DNA of 64,000 nucleotides from an uncultured bacterium. Lineage in GTDB: Bacteria; Chloroflexota; UBA5177; JANWHV01. The translations under genes were made by a program, and so were the position numbers. The stretch is from assembly GCA_963729625.1 (NCBI GenBank), contig CAVSOU010000011.1, positions 864,001-928,000 on the forward strand. Direction: 5' to 3'. Shown piece by piece: positions 30,212 to 39,915 of this stretch (positions are counted from its first letter, which is position 1; each line of letters begins with the position of its first letter). Below the pieces are notes generated by a model. That model worked only from the letters and a program-made list of their open reading frames with translations, did no database searches and was not told the DNA's origin.

Positions 30212-30295
30212 GTCTCGAACAGGGATTCCGTTCGCTTACCCCGTCGGGTCCTTCCAAGCTTCCAAGCCCAAGCTCTAACCGTCGATGCCGCGATG

Positions 30296-30304
30296 TGCTA
30301 TAGT
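30296..30304 (+). promoter_or_regulatory. extended -10 promoter element (TGnTATAGT) of the cold-shock gene
   Basis: TGCTATAGT about 90 nt upstream of the csp start, consistent with the long 5' UTRs of csp genes. Confidence 0.45.
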
Positions 30305-30391
30305 TAGTTGTCAGCACAGGAGCCTCTAGATCGAGTTGGCGTTCAACCAATCCTCTCACCGATCCTCCTCACATGGCAGAAAGAGAACACA

Positions 30392-30604
30392 GTGGCACAG
30401 GGAACTATTGCACGCGTTACCGACCGGGGTTTTGGCTTTATCCAGCAGGAACAGGGCGGAGAAGACCTCTTCTTCCACTCGTCAGCTCTGGTAGGCGTCA
30501 CGTTCGACGAATTGCAGCGCAATGACGTTGTTCAGTATGACACGGAGCCGGATACGCGAGGTCGTGGAAGTCGCGCTGTGAACGTTCAGAAGGTTCGTCG
30601 CTAA
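30392..30604 (+). CDS. cold-shock domain protein
   Basis: RNP1 RGFGFI, RNP2 LFFHSS, C-terminal RAVNV. Confidence 0.95.
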   Translation: MAQGTIARVTDRGFGFIQQEQGGEDLFFHSSALVGVTFDELQRNDVVQYDTEPDTRGRGSRAVNVQKVRR

Positions 30605-30845
30605 CCCGCGCCGCGTTCCTCTTGGGCATGACAAAGCGCGCGTAGACCCAGAGAGAAGGTAGTTCACAGATAGCTACCTTCTCTCGCTGATCCGGTTGAC
30701 CACAGATTGCTCGTGCAGCAGAGAAGCTGATGGCGCAGTGGTGAACATGGGCATATCGAGCTAGCCTCACTCCGTGCACGAGGTGTCTGAACGGGCCCAA
30801 CGGCAGTCGTGCAGGGGGCCAGGGACGCACGGGAGGAGAGCCACC

Positions 30846-31259
30846 ATGTCCCGCGATCAAGAGCCACTGGAACGCGACGCGCGGCTCACGGAGAACAGCA
30901 TGATGGATTCTATCCTCTATGATGGTGTGGATCCAATGGCCACGCGGCGAGCGCACATGAGAGACGTGACGATGGCGCGCCAGGCGGCTGAGCGTCGCTT
31001 TGCACAGCGTGGGCCCGCCGAGAAACAAGACAGACCAGCACGGCTCACCGCCGCGAAGGAGCGCGCGGCAGCGCTCAGGCTAGAGCTGGAACGTATCAAC
31101 GTTGCCAACCGGCAGTGGCAGATCGAGCATGGCGAGGCTGTCCTCGATCTCCCCGATCGAGGACATCGGAAGATCTCAGTCGAGGAACAGCGCCACGCAC
31201 CGACCGGCGAGTTTACGCTTGATCAGATGAGCGAGTCTCCTGCATCTGTCGATCCATAA
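30846..31259 (+). CDS. hypothetical protein
   Basis: ATG after strong RBS GGAGGAG; charged helical sequence; 3' end overlaps ackA. Confidence 0.55.
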   Translation: MSRDQEPLERDARLTENSMMDSILYDGVDPMATRRAHMRDVTMARQAAERRFAQRGPAEKQDRPARLTAAKERAAALRLELERINVANRQWQIEHGEAVLDLPDRGHRKISVEEQRHAPTGEFTLDQMSESPASVDP

Positions 31260-32346
31260 AGATCTTGACTCCGCGCAGCACGCTGAGATCCTCTCGGGAC
31301 CGCACGACCGCCACCTGAACCGTGGCGCCCTGATCGCCGATTGCGCGGTCCCCTGCGCCATGCAGGTTGGCATTCTCGTCCAGGGAAACGCCGAGGTAGC
31401 TGAGCCCATCCGCGATATCCCGGCGAACGAGCGCCTGATGCTCGCCGACACCACCCGTGAATGTCAGGGCGTCAATGCCCTCCAGCGCGGCGACCAAGCC
31501 GCCGGTCACACGCGTTACGCTGTGGATGAACATCTCGTAGGCGAGCCGCGCGTGAGCATTGCCGCGCGCAGCCTGGTCCATCACGTCGCGAATGTCGCTA
31601 GACACCCCTGAAACGCCGAGTATGCCCGATCGGTGCTCGAGCGTGTCGTAGAAATACTCGACCTCGATTCCGTGGCGCACGAGAAACAGAAGCGTGCCGG
31701 GGTCAATGGCGCCCGATCGCGTGGCCATGATCACTCCGTCGAGCGGCGTGAAGCCCATGCTCGTATCGATCGACTCGCCGTCGAGCACGGCAGTAGCGGA
31801 ACAGCCGACGCCGAGGTGACACACGATGTGGCGGTGGGGAACGATGCCGAGCAACGCGGCGGTCCGCCGTACCGCATGCTCCACGCTCAGACCATGAAAG
31901 CCGAGCCGGCGTATGCCCCAGCGCTCGGTCCACTCGCGCGGAATGGCATAGACAGCGGCTCGATCAGGAATGGTGCGATGGAATGTGCTGTCGAAGGCAG
32001 CCACGTGAAGCGCGCCGGGCAGTGCCTCCAGAGCAGCGCGCATGCAGGTCACAGTGACGGGATTGTGCAGCGGTGCAAGCTCGTTGAAGCCCGCGATCCG
32101 CTCGATCGTGGCGCGGTCGACACGGACAGGCTCGTGGAAGACGCCGCCGCCGTGCACGACGCGGTACCCCACCGCGCTCACATCACCGGCTGCCGCAAGC
32201 ATGCTCTTCACGGCCCCGCCCAGGTCGTCCGCGGCTATGGCCGAGTATGGAAGGTCGGCCTCGGCAAACAGGGCGTCCGTATCGGCATCCAGCAAGGACC
32301 ATTTCAGGCTGCCCGAGCTGGCGTTGAATACCATGACCTTGACCAC
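31213..32346 (-). CDS. ackA: acetate/propionate kinase
   Basis: FNASSGSLKW, GYRVVHGG, LAPLHN, GFHGLS, DTSMGFTPLDG, FTGGVGE. Confidence 0.93.
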   Translation of the reverse strand: MVKVMVFNASSGSLKWSLLDADTDALFAEADLPYSAIAADDLGGAVKSMLAAAGDVSAVGYRVVHGGGVFHEPVRVDRATIERIAGFNELAPLHNPVTVTCMRAALEALPGALHVAAFDSTFHRTIPDRAAVYAIPREWTERWGIRRLGFHGLSVEHAVRRTAALLGIVPHRHIVCHLGVGCSATAVLDGESIDTSMGFTPLDGVIMATRSGAIDPGTLLFLVRHGIEVEYFYDTLEHRSGILGVSGVSSDIRDVMDQAARGNAHARLAYEMFIHSVTRVTGGLVAALEGIDALTFTGGVGEHQALVRRDIADGLSYLGVSLDENANLHGAGDRAIGDQGATVQVAVVRSREDLSVLRGVKIFMDRQMQETRSSDQA

Positions 32347-32497
32347 GACTGCACTCCCAGACCCGATAGGTCTCGCCGCCTACCTGAATACTACCAAGTA
32401 CCGGAGGCGTGGTACGTCCGATACGCACGGAGCACAGGAAAGGCTCTGCCAAGTCCTGTTCGCGGCTCGGCGGACAAGGCTCAGCAGGCCGCGGGCT

Positions 32498-33298
32498 CTA
32501 TGGTTCCAAGTGATCGGTGAGGAGGAATCGCGTCACTATGCCGGCAAGTAAAGCGGGCGCGGAGTACATCGCGACGTGCTCCTGCCCAGGCAGCAGCGCG
32601 ATGCTGCCGTGCGGCAGTGCCCTGGCCACGGCTTCCACTGCGGCGCGCATCCGCGGTGGGCTGTTCTCGCCAAGCAGCAAAAGGCTGGGCGCCCGTACGA
32701 CCGCCAAGCGCCGCGGATCGAGCACGTAGTCGCTGACGATCTGAGCGTCGTAGGGAGTAGTATGCGCCAGGGCAACAGTGGCCGGCCAGCGTGTGGAGTG
32801 CTGCATCCAATCAATCTCTGTGGCTTTCAGCCTCGGCCCCTCACGCAGGAACGTGCGCATGGTCTCCGTCTGGTCACCGCGAGCGAGCAGGGCGCGCAGT
32901 CTCTGGGCAAGGTCCGCCGGGAACCGGTCCGGACCCGTAAACAGCGGTGGTTCGTAGAGCACCGTCCGCATCAGGCGCTCGCTCGCCCGCTCTGCTGCCG
33001 CCATGGCGCAGATCGCGCCTGAGGAATGGCCGAACAGGAAGGCCGGCGCACCAATCTGGTCAAGCACGGCGATGATATCCTCCGCCTCTCGCTCAGGCGC
33101 GTAGTCAGCGGCATCACCGCTCCCGGCACGGCCGCGCCGGTCCATTGCGTGGACCGTGAAATGGGCGCGAAGCAGGGGCAGCACTGCCTTCCAGCAGCTC
33201 GAATCGACCGTAGCCCCATGCACGAGAAGAAGCTGCGGCCCTGTACCTACCGTGTCGAAGGCGATCCTCGTACCGTCCGCGGAGCAGGCTAATCCCAT
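32498..33298 (-). CDS. alpha/beta fold hydrolase
   Basis: SADGTRIAF, LVHG, DRRGRAGSGD, GHSSG, LYEPP, LPGQEH. Confidence 0.9.
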   Translation of the reverse strand: MGLACSADGTRIAFDTVGTGPQLLLVHGATVDSSCWKAVLPLLRAHFTVHAMDRRGRAGSGDAADYAPEREAEDIIAVLDQIGAPAFLFGHSSGAICAMAAAERASERLMRTVLYEPPLFTGPDRFPADLAQRLRALLARGDQTETMRTFLREGPRLKATEIDWMQHSTRWPATVALAHTTPYDAQIVSDYVLDPRRLAVVRAPSLLLLGENSPPRMRAAVEAVARALPHGSIALLPGQEHVAMYSAPALLAGIVTRFLLTDHLEP

Positions 33299-33341
33299 GC
33301 TGTTCTCCAATCTCGCTGCCCGGCACGATCCTAGCACAGTC

Positions 33342-33580
33342 TGACTTCCGGGTTCCTGGAGGAGTCTTGACGGTTACGTTCGGCGGCGGCATGCTCGGCT
33401 CGGCGATCTTGGCGGTGCGTCGCCACCCATACGCGTACAAGGCTGCGGCAGCCGCGGGATCGGCACTGGCGATCTTCGAGATCGTTCAGGCCGCTATGAT
33501 CGGCTTCAACCCTCAGCAGCCGGTCTTCCGGTGCGCCGGCTATGCACTGTCGAGCTTAGCCTGGGAACGACGCAGCAGCG
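33342..33580 (+). pseudogene. membrane protein C-terminal remnant
   Basis: Hydrophobic DFRVPGGVLTVTFGGG...LAIFEIVQAAMIGF segment with no evident start. Boundaries approximate. Confidence 0.35.
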
Positions 33581-33672
33581 CCCCAAGGCGCTGGGGGTCC
33601 GCGGCGCTCCACGCGCTGCCAGGGCGACCCACTACGGCGGGTACCCAGGCTGCTTCCCGTGCCACGACCGTT

Positions 33673-34089
33673 TTACTTGTGGCTCGCCAGCCAGCCAGCC
33701 GCCTCGTCGAACGAGGTGAAGGATCGCGCCTCGCGCTTGAGGCCCCGCTTCGTGCCACTGCTTACCATGTTGGCAACGGACATCGCACCGACGGCCGACT
33801 CCGATATCAACACGGCCGAACGCTTCAAGCCCGCGGCCACGAAGCGCGGCATAAAGTCGGACGCAAACCACGCTTGGTCGATCGCCTGCAAGACCTTGAC
33901 AGCCCGCGTGTCGAAGAGTATCTGGGCGCCCTTGTTCCGCCGGAGCACGTCGATCGCCGCCTCGTTGCCGGAGTGGTAGTACTCGGAGGTCGGCGCGCCG
34001 CGCCACTCCATATGCAGGTACTGGCCCTCCTCGATCCAACGCAACGTGCAGTATGGGTTCTCGTATGCCACGATATCCGTAGGAAGCAT
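33673..34089 (-). CDS. STAS/SEC14 (SpoIIAA-like) small protein
   Basis: LHMEWRG...ILFDTR...DQAW...GLKRSAVL...FTSFDEAAGWL pattern. Confidence 0.75.
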   Translation of the reverse strand: MLPTDIVAYENPYCTLRWIEEGQYLHMEWRGAPTSEYYHSGNEAAIDVLRRNKGAQILFDTRAVKVLQAIDQAWFASDFMPRFVAAGLKRSAVLISESAVGAMSVANMVSSGTKRGLKREARSFTSFDEAAGWLASHK

Positions 34090-34394
34090 TGCTTATGGTC
34101 TCTCCTCGCTCATCTCTGAAACCGGCGGCACACCGCGTCGAATGCGCTGCCGTACCCGCCAGCGCTTGCGGCAATCTTCTCTCAGGGTCAACGCGACACC
34201 TGCCAACACGCGCGGCAATGGTAGTGCGCTGCACCTCACCGAACATTCTACCGCTTGTGACGGACAACCGGGGCGTGACGCACGGTCAGCCAGGGGTAGC
34301 CGTTACTGGCAAATTCATCGCCGCGGCGGGCGCCAGCGGGCAGCGCCATCCACGACCAAGAAACACGATATGGCCGAATGACATCGATCGCGAG

Positions 34395-35921
34395 TCAGCC
34401 GCGATCGCCGTACAGCGCGTTGCGGATGGCCGCGATGTCCTTCCGCACCTGGATATTCTCGTTCTTGACCTCGGCCGCGATGCGGTCGCAACCATGTGTT
34501 ACCGTGCTGTGGTCGCGATTACCAAGGTACTCGCCGATCCGCGGCAGGGAGCAGCGTGCCTCCTCGCGCATCAGGTACATCGCCACCTGTCGCGGCAGGG
34601 AGATGCTCCGCTCGCGTGAAGGCCCAAGCAGGTTATCGCGTGTCACCATGTAGTGCTTCAGCACCGCGTCGACGACGTCATCGACCGACGGAGCGGCCCG
34701 GCGAGCGCCCACGGCGTTGGCTTCCAGCTCGGCGACTGCCAGTTCCATGGTTACGGCTTTGTTCTGCACTCTTGCCGTCATGATCAGGCGCTTGAGCGCG
34801 CCTTCGAGCTCGCGCACATTGGTATCGACACGCCTGGCAACGTACGAGATGACCTCGCGCGGCACCGGAACGGGCTGTAATTGTGCCTTGGCGCGCAGAA
34901 TGGCGATGCGGTGCTCGAGATCCGGCGCCTGGATATCGGCGATCAGGCCCCATTCAAAGCGAGATCGCAGCCGATCCTCGAGCGTCGTCATGGCCTTGGG
35001 GTGTCTGTCGCTCGTCATCACGATCTGCTTCTGCGTGTCGTGCAGCGCGTTGAACGTGTGGAAGAACTCCTCCTGCGTGCTTTCCTTCCCGGCGATAAAG
35101 TGAATATCGTCGATCAGCAGGATGTCCACGCGCCGGTAGTAATCGCGAAACTCCTCGGTTCGCGTTCTCCGGATGGCGCCGATCATATCGTTCATGAAGT
35201 TTTCCGACGAAGTCAGCAGCACGCGGCTACCGGGACGCTGGCGCAGCGCCTCATGCCCGATAGCGTGCAGCAGGTGCGTCTTCCCAAGGCCGACGCTTCC
35301 CCAGATGAACAGCGGATTGCAGTCGGCGGCCGGGTTATCGGCAACGCTTCGGCACGCGGCATGTGCAAGTTGGTTCCCGCTCCCCGCGATGAAGGTGTCG
35401 AACACGTAGCGCGAATTCAGGGGCAGCCCCGCGTTCACCGGATCCGGCGAGGCCGGCTCCTGTGCCCAGCGCGCCGTGCGGCGGTCGGAAGTAGCTGCTC
35501 GCGATGGGCCGCGTCCAGTTGCTCGCAACCGGTACCCGCTACTCTCGGATGTGTCGGCTGGTAGCGACGCAACCGCGTACCGCACCCGAATATGGTCGCA
35601 GCCAAGCGTGTGTAGAGCCGTGCCGATCAGGGCTGGAACCTTCTTCTCCAGGTACTCCTGGTGGAACGGGTCGGGAACGCCGATGGTCAGCACCGAGCCG
35701 TCGAAGTCCAGGCAGTGTGTGTCGCGCAGCCACGTCGAGTAGCTTGGCTGGGGCATGGTGCTTTGCAGCTCGGCCAGGGTCCGTTGCCAGATGCGTGTGC
35801 CATCCTGTACAGGGAGGTCTCTCATGACCCTGCGCTCGGGGACTGCCGGAGCGTGAGCGCACGGATGCTCGCCGGCGGCGAGCCGGTCGGTCTTGTCGTT
35901 TCCATGCGTGTATTTTGTCAT
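34395..35921 (-). CDS. dnaA: chromosomal replication initiator DnaA (stand-alone copy); true start may be 35826
   Basis: Domain I YSTWL; YVFDTF..GSGN; NPLFIWGSVGLGKTHL; LLIDDIHFIAGKESTQEEFFHTFN; RLRSRFEWGL; NVRELEGAL; domain IV RQVAMYL...RDHSTV. Confidence 0.96.
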   Translation of the reverse strand: MTKYTHGNDKTDRLAAGEHPCAHAPAVPERRVMRDLPVQDGTRIWQRTLAELQSTMPQPSYSTWLRDTHCLDFDGSVLTIGVPDPFHQEYLEKKVPALIGTALHTLGCDHIRVRYAVASLPADTSESSGYRLRATGRGPSRAATSDRRTARWAQEPASPDPVNAGLPLNSRYVFDTFIAGSGNQLAHAACRSVADNPAADCNPLFIWGSVGLGKTHLLHAIGHEALRQRPGSRVLLTSSENFMNDMIGAIRRTRTEEFRDYYRRVDILLIDDIHFIAGKESTQEEFFHTFNALHDTQKQIVMTSDRHPKAMTTLEDRLRSRFEWGLIADIQAPDLEHRIAILRAKAQLQPVPVPREVISYVARRVDTNVRELEGALKRLIMTARVQNKAVTMELAVAELEANAVGARRAAPSVDDVVDAVLKHYMVTRDNLLGPSRERSISLPRQVAMYLMREEARCSLPRIGEYLGNRDHSTVTHGCDRIAAEVKNENIQVRKDIAAIRNALYGDRG

Positions 35922-36267
35922 GGCCTGTGGATGTGCGCAACAGCCAATGTTCAGTCAACCGCTGTTTCTCATCGATACAGGTCGTCACACATGGCGGATA
36001 TGGCAGGGAGTTTGCACAGGCAGTGACTGCCGCGGCGACGACATCGAGCGGACACTGACACGCAGTGGCAGGACCAGCTTTCCTGGCGGGGATATGACGA
36101 CGTTAGCTCGATCTTTCGGCAAGGCCACGCCTGCCTCCACGCAGATCACTGATGTGGACTCACTGAACGTTCGGTCAACAGTCCCTCTTACGTGGCGCGA
36201 TGGTGTGGTCGAGCTTCACTGGTCCAATTCGCACGTAAAGGCTTGAACCAACCGGGTGGCGTGTTCC

Positions 36268-36296
36268 TTAGCAGCCGGCCTCCAATATGCTAGGGT
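36268..36296 (+). promoter_or_regulatory. sigma70-type promoter for a leaderless hicAB transcript
   Basis: TTAGCA-17 bp-TAGGGT with TG extension; the GTG start lies 6 nt after the -10. Confidence 0.45.
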
Positions 36297-36302
36297 GGCG
36301 TA

Positions 36303-36509
36303 GTGAAGGAAATCACCAAGGCTGAGTTGATCAAAATCCTCCGGCAGCACGGAGCTGTGAAAGTGCGGGAATCCGGCAACCACGAAATCTGGCGTGTGGG
36401 CGCGTGCCAGACCGCGATACCGAAACATCGCACAATCGCGCCAGACACCGTTCGCAGCATCCGTGATCACCTGGCACCTTGCCTGGGAGAGAGGTGGCTG
36501 GACGTATGA
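36303..36509 (+). CDS. hicA: type II toxin HicA
   Basis: ELIKILRQHG...GNHEIW...IPKH..I...TVRSI pattern. Confidence 0.9.
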   Translation: MKEITKAELIKILRQHGAVKVRESGNHEIWRVGACQTAIPKHRTIAPDTVRSIRDHLAPCLGERWLDV

Positions 36510-36788
36510 GCGAGCACGTGGTGTATCGGGCGACGGTTGCTCGAGAGCCCGGCTGGTGGATAATCACCGTTCCGGAACTGAATCACGTGACGCAGGCACG
36601 GCGGCTGCGCGAACTTCAGCGCATGGCTACAGATGCCGTAGCAGTGTGGCTCGGACGTCGTTCCTGCGACAACAAGCGTGCAAGTTGAAGATGTCGCGGC
36701 TCCAGCGGCGAAAGTCCAGCAGACGGCACATGCAAAGCAGTGGCCGTATCTCAAGCCAGCGAGGGACAGGCACATGCTAATCGTCTAG
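36506..36788 (+). CDS. hicB: HicB-like antitoxin (apparent frameshift near 36653; stops at 36688 as sequenced)
   Basis: ATGA overlap with hicA; YRATVAREPGWWIITVPEL..TQARRL.E...MA.DAVA.WL. The expected DV..SVQVE continuation is in the shifted frame. Confidence 0.75.
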
Positions 36789-37001
36789 CACGGTACGACG
36801 GCGCAACGGCCCACGCCGGACTGAAGATGGTGCGGAACTGCCCACCTGGCCGGCAGCTCGCGGGGGCGCGCAGCGCAGCTATATAGGCAGAAGCGGGTCG
36901 CCGCATGCCAATGGGCTGAATGAAAATGAGCCCACTGCCGGCTGCCGAAGTCGATTACTCCGATTCCAGAGGTCGTGAGCGTCGGCGTCGGCGCCGTGGT
37001 A

Positions 37002-37946
37002 TCACGTCCACGAGAGGTCGCGGGCCGCGAGCACGCCGAGGAGGGACGTGGCTTCGCATACCGCGCGACGAATGGCTTGCGCGACGACCTCGACCGCGAT
37101 CACCGCCAGCGCGTCGAGATGAGCCGAGACTTCCCCGGTCGACAGCGCGAAGACCACGTCGCCGTCGTAGCTGGTGTGCACTGGACTGATTGCCAGTGCC
37201 AATCCGTCGTGCGACTGTTGCGCGAGGCGGGTGAGCGCCAGCTTGTCGAGCCGGGCGTTGGTGACGACGGCGACCAGGGTCGTGTTCCCAGGCGCCGGCG
37301 CGATGCCGGCTGCGGCGCGCAGCAGAAGGCGGCTGTTGGCGAATCCGGTATCCGCGCGCGTGCCGGCGATGATCGTGCCGTCGCGCTCAACCACGTCTCC
37401 CAGGGCGTTGACGACGGCCAGCGCACCGACGCTCACGCCGGAGATGGGATCCGAGACCGCAAGCCCTAGCCCACCCTTCGTGCGAGCCGTGGGACCCCCC
37501 ATGCGACCAACCGTGGCGCCACAACCGGCCCCAACAGATCCTTCGCTGCACTCATGCTCGGTCGCGGCGAGGCATGCCGCGTACCCGGACTCAGCGCCGG
37601 GGAATACATCCGGCGATCCGAGATCGAGGTCAAATAGCACGGCGGCGGGCACTATCGGCACCCGCGCGACAGGCGTGGCGAAACCAATGCCGCGCTCGCG
37701 CAGATAGCGCATCACGCCGCCGGCCGCATCGAGTCCAAATGCGCTCCCACCCGTGAGCAGTAGCGCGTGGATCGCCTGCACTGTCGCCGACGGCGCCAAC
37801 AGGTCGGTCTCGCGCGTGCCGGGTGCGCCACCCCCGACATGGACGCCCGCACACATCTCGCCGGCCAGGGGAAGCAGCACTGTGCAGCCGGTGCCGGTCT
37901 CCAGATCGTGCCAGTGACCGATGCGAATCCCTGGTAGCGTGCTCAT
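37002..37946 (-). CDS. P1/S58 (DmpA/NylC-like) Ntn-type peptidase
   Basis: TGCTV, GGAPGTRETDLL, LTGGSAFGL, VPIVPAAVLFDL, EGSVGAGCGA, GNTTL autocleavage site, HTSYDGD. ATG overlaps the panC stop. Confidence 0.9.
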   Translation of the reverse strand: MSTLPGIRIGHWHDLETGTGCTVLLPLAGEMCAGVHVGGGAPGTRETDLLAPSATVQAIHALLLTGGSAFGLDAAGGVMRYLRERGIGFATPVARVPIVPAAVLFDLDLGSPDVFPGAESGYAACLAATEHECSEGSVGAGCGATVGRMGGPTARTKGGLGLAVSDPISGVSVGALAVVNALGDVVERDGTIIAGTRADTGFANSRLLLRAAAGIAPAPGNTTLVAVVTNARLDKLALTRLAQQSHDGLALAISPVHTSYDGDVVFALSTGEVSAHLDALAVIAVEVVAQAIRRAVCEATSLLGVLAARDLSWT

Positions 37947-38803
37947 GGCTCGATGCTCCCGTCCAGGGAAAGGTTGTCTATCAACCGCGTGCGTCCCAGG
38001 TGCGCCGCGATGACAAGCAACGAGTCCGGTCGCGCTACAGCAGGCGTTTCCCACGATGTGCCGTCCACAACCTCCGCGTAGTCGAGCCGGGCCAGCGGCT
38101 CGGCATCGACGACCTGCCGCATCACCCTGCACAAGAGACCAACGTCGAGGGTGCCGGAGTGGAAGGCTGTGCGAGCGGAAGTCAACGCCCGATAGAGCAC
38201 CGGAGCAGCGCGCCGTTCAGGGGAAGAAAGGTAGCGATTCCGCGAGCTCATTGCCAGACCATCGCCCTCTCGCACGGTTTCACCCGCCACCACTTCCACT
38301 CCCAGGTTGAGATCGACGACGAGCTGCCGAATCACGGCCACCTGTTGCGCGTCTTTCTGTCCGAAATAGGCGCGGGTCGGGCGCGCGAGATTGAGCAGCT
38401 TGGTCACGACCGTCGCCACTCCGGAGAAATGCCCGGGACGCTGCGCGCCTTCGAGGATCGTGGCTAACCGCCCGACGTCGATGCGGGTAGCGAACCCCGC
38501 GGGGTAAACTTCCTCCACGGCAGGCATGAACACCACATCCACACCTGCGGATCCGAGTACGTCGAGGTCCTGCGCCGGACTGCGTGGATAGCGCCCGAAA
38601 TCTTCTGACGGACCAAACTGTGTGGGGTTCACGAAGATGCTGGTCACAACCAGGTGATTCTCCCGGCGGGCCCGCCGCACGTGCGAGAGATGTCCGTCGT
38701 GCAGCGCTCCCATGGTAGGAACCAGCCCGATAGTCGACTGTGCTTTCCAGTACGGGGCTAGCGTCTGCTGGAGATCGGCGACGGTCGTGCGGGTCTGCGT
38801 CAT
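37943..38803 (-). CDS. panC: pantoate--beta-alanine ligase
   Basis: VPTMGALHDGH, SIFVNPTQF, RPGHFSGV, FGQKDAQQ, GLAMSSRN, TRLIDN. Confidence 0.97.
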   Translation of the reverse strand: MTQTRTTVADLQQTLAPYWKAQSTIGLVPTMGALHDGHLSHVRRARRENHLVVTSIFVNPTQFGPSEDFGRYPRSPAQDLDVLGSAGVDVVFMPAVEEVYPAGFATRIDVGRLATILEGAQRPGHFSGVATVVTKLLNLARPTRAYFGQKDAQQVAVIRQLVVDLNLGVEVVAGETVREGDGLAMSSRNRYLSSPERRAAPVLYRALTSARTAFHSGTLDVGLLCRVMRQVVDAEPLARLDYAEVVDGTSWETPAVARPDSLLVIAAHLGRTRLIDNLSLDGSIEP

Positions 38804-39060
38804 GTGTAGTGCCTCCAATCACATATCAATCATAGGACCCGCGGCGCTGTCCCGGTGATGGTCAGCCCATCGTGGAGATGTTCCAGCTTCGCGCGCGCCC
38901 GCCACGCCCTGATGTCCTCGTCTAGCTCCGCACTTGACCGGCGATCGCTGCGGGACGTACTATCGGGCGCAATGGCGATGCGCGAGCGTCGGGCTTCGAC
39001 CGCACAAAACAAGCCCGCTCATGAAAGCGCCGGCGGGCAAGCTGCTAAGGAAGCGGGACC

Positions 39061-39912
39061 TTGAAGGAGAAACTTACTGCAGTCGGCATGCGTGCTGCCA
39101 AAGAACGTGGGCGCAAATTGACCATGGTGACGGCCTACGATCAGCCGTCAGCCGTGCTCGTCGACCGATCCCCGATCGACATACTCCTGGTCGGCGACTC
39201 GTTGGCCAACAACGTCCTCGGCTACGAGGGGACTGCACCGGTCACCATGGAGGAAATGCTCCACCACCTGCGCGCGGTCGTACGTGGGGTCTCGCACACC
39301 ATGGTGGTGGGCGACATGCCGTTCGGCAGCTACCACGTGTCGCCTCAGAAAGCCATCGCCAATGCGATCCGCTTCATGAAGGCGGGTGCGGATTGCGTGA
39401 AGCTCGAAGGTGGCGCAGCCTTATCCGAAACCGTCCGCGGCCTGGTGCATGCGGGCATCCCAGTGATGGGCCATGTCGGGTTAACTCCCCAGACGCTGCC
39501 GCCGAGCGCCTGGCGCGTGCAGGGGAAGGACGTCGAGTCGGCGCGCCAGATTCTCGATGACGCTCGGGCGCTGGAACGGGCAGGTGTCTGCTCCATGGTG
39601 GTCGAAGCCGTGCCGGCGGCACTTGCCGCGCACATGACCAGGAATCTCTCGGTGCCCACGATCGGTATCGGCGCAGGGCCGCACTGCGACGGCCAGGTGC
39701 TTATCTGGCACGATCTGCTTGGCCTGCACGAGTTCTCCCCACGACACAACAAGCAGTACGCCAATCTTTTCGTCACGATCGGCGATGCGCTCGACACCTA
39801 CCATCGCGAGGTGAGCAGTGGCATGTTCCCTGCCGCCGAGCACAGCTACACCATGAAGGATTCCATCCTGGAAGCAGCTATCCGTCAGGAGGACGAGAGG
39901 CTACAGGAGTAG
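39061..39912 (+). CDS. panB: 3-methyl-2-oxobutanoate hydroxymethyltransferase
   Basis: MVTAYD, LVGDSL, VGDMPFGSY, VKLEGG, GHVGLTPQ, TIGIGAG..CDGQVL. Confidence 0.97.
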   Translation: MKEKLTAVGMRAAKERGRKLTMVTAYDQPSAVLVDRSPIDILLVGDSLANNVLGYEGTAPVTMEEMLHHLRAVVRGVSHTMVVGDMPFGSYHVSPQKAIANAIRFMKAGADCVKLEGGAALSETVRGLVHAGIPVMGHVGLTPQTLPPSAWRVQGKDVESARQILDDARALERAGVCSMVVEAVPAALAAHMTRNLSVPTIGIGAGPHCDGQVLIWHDLLGLHEFSPRHNKQYANLFVTIGDALDTYHREVSSGMFPAAEHSYTMKDSILEAAIRQEDERLQE

Positions 39913-39915
39913 TAG

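Noticed and set aside
34100-36300. oriC next to dnaA
   Set aside because: No cluster of TTWTNCACA boxes and no AT-rich unwinding element seen; only two weak matches.
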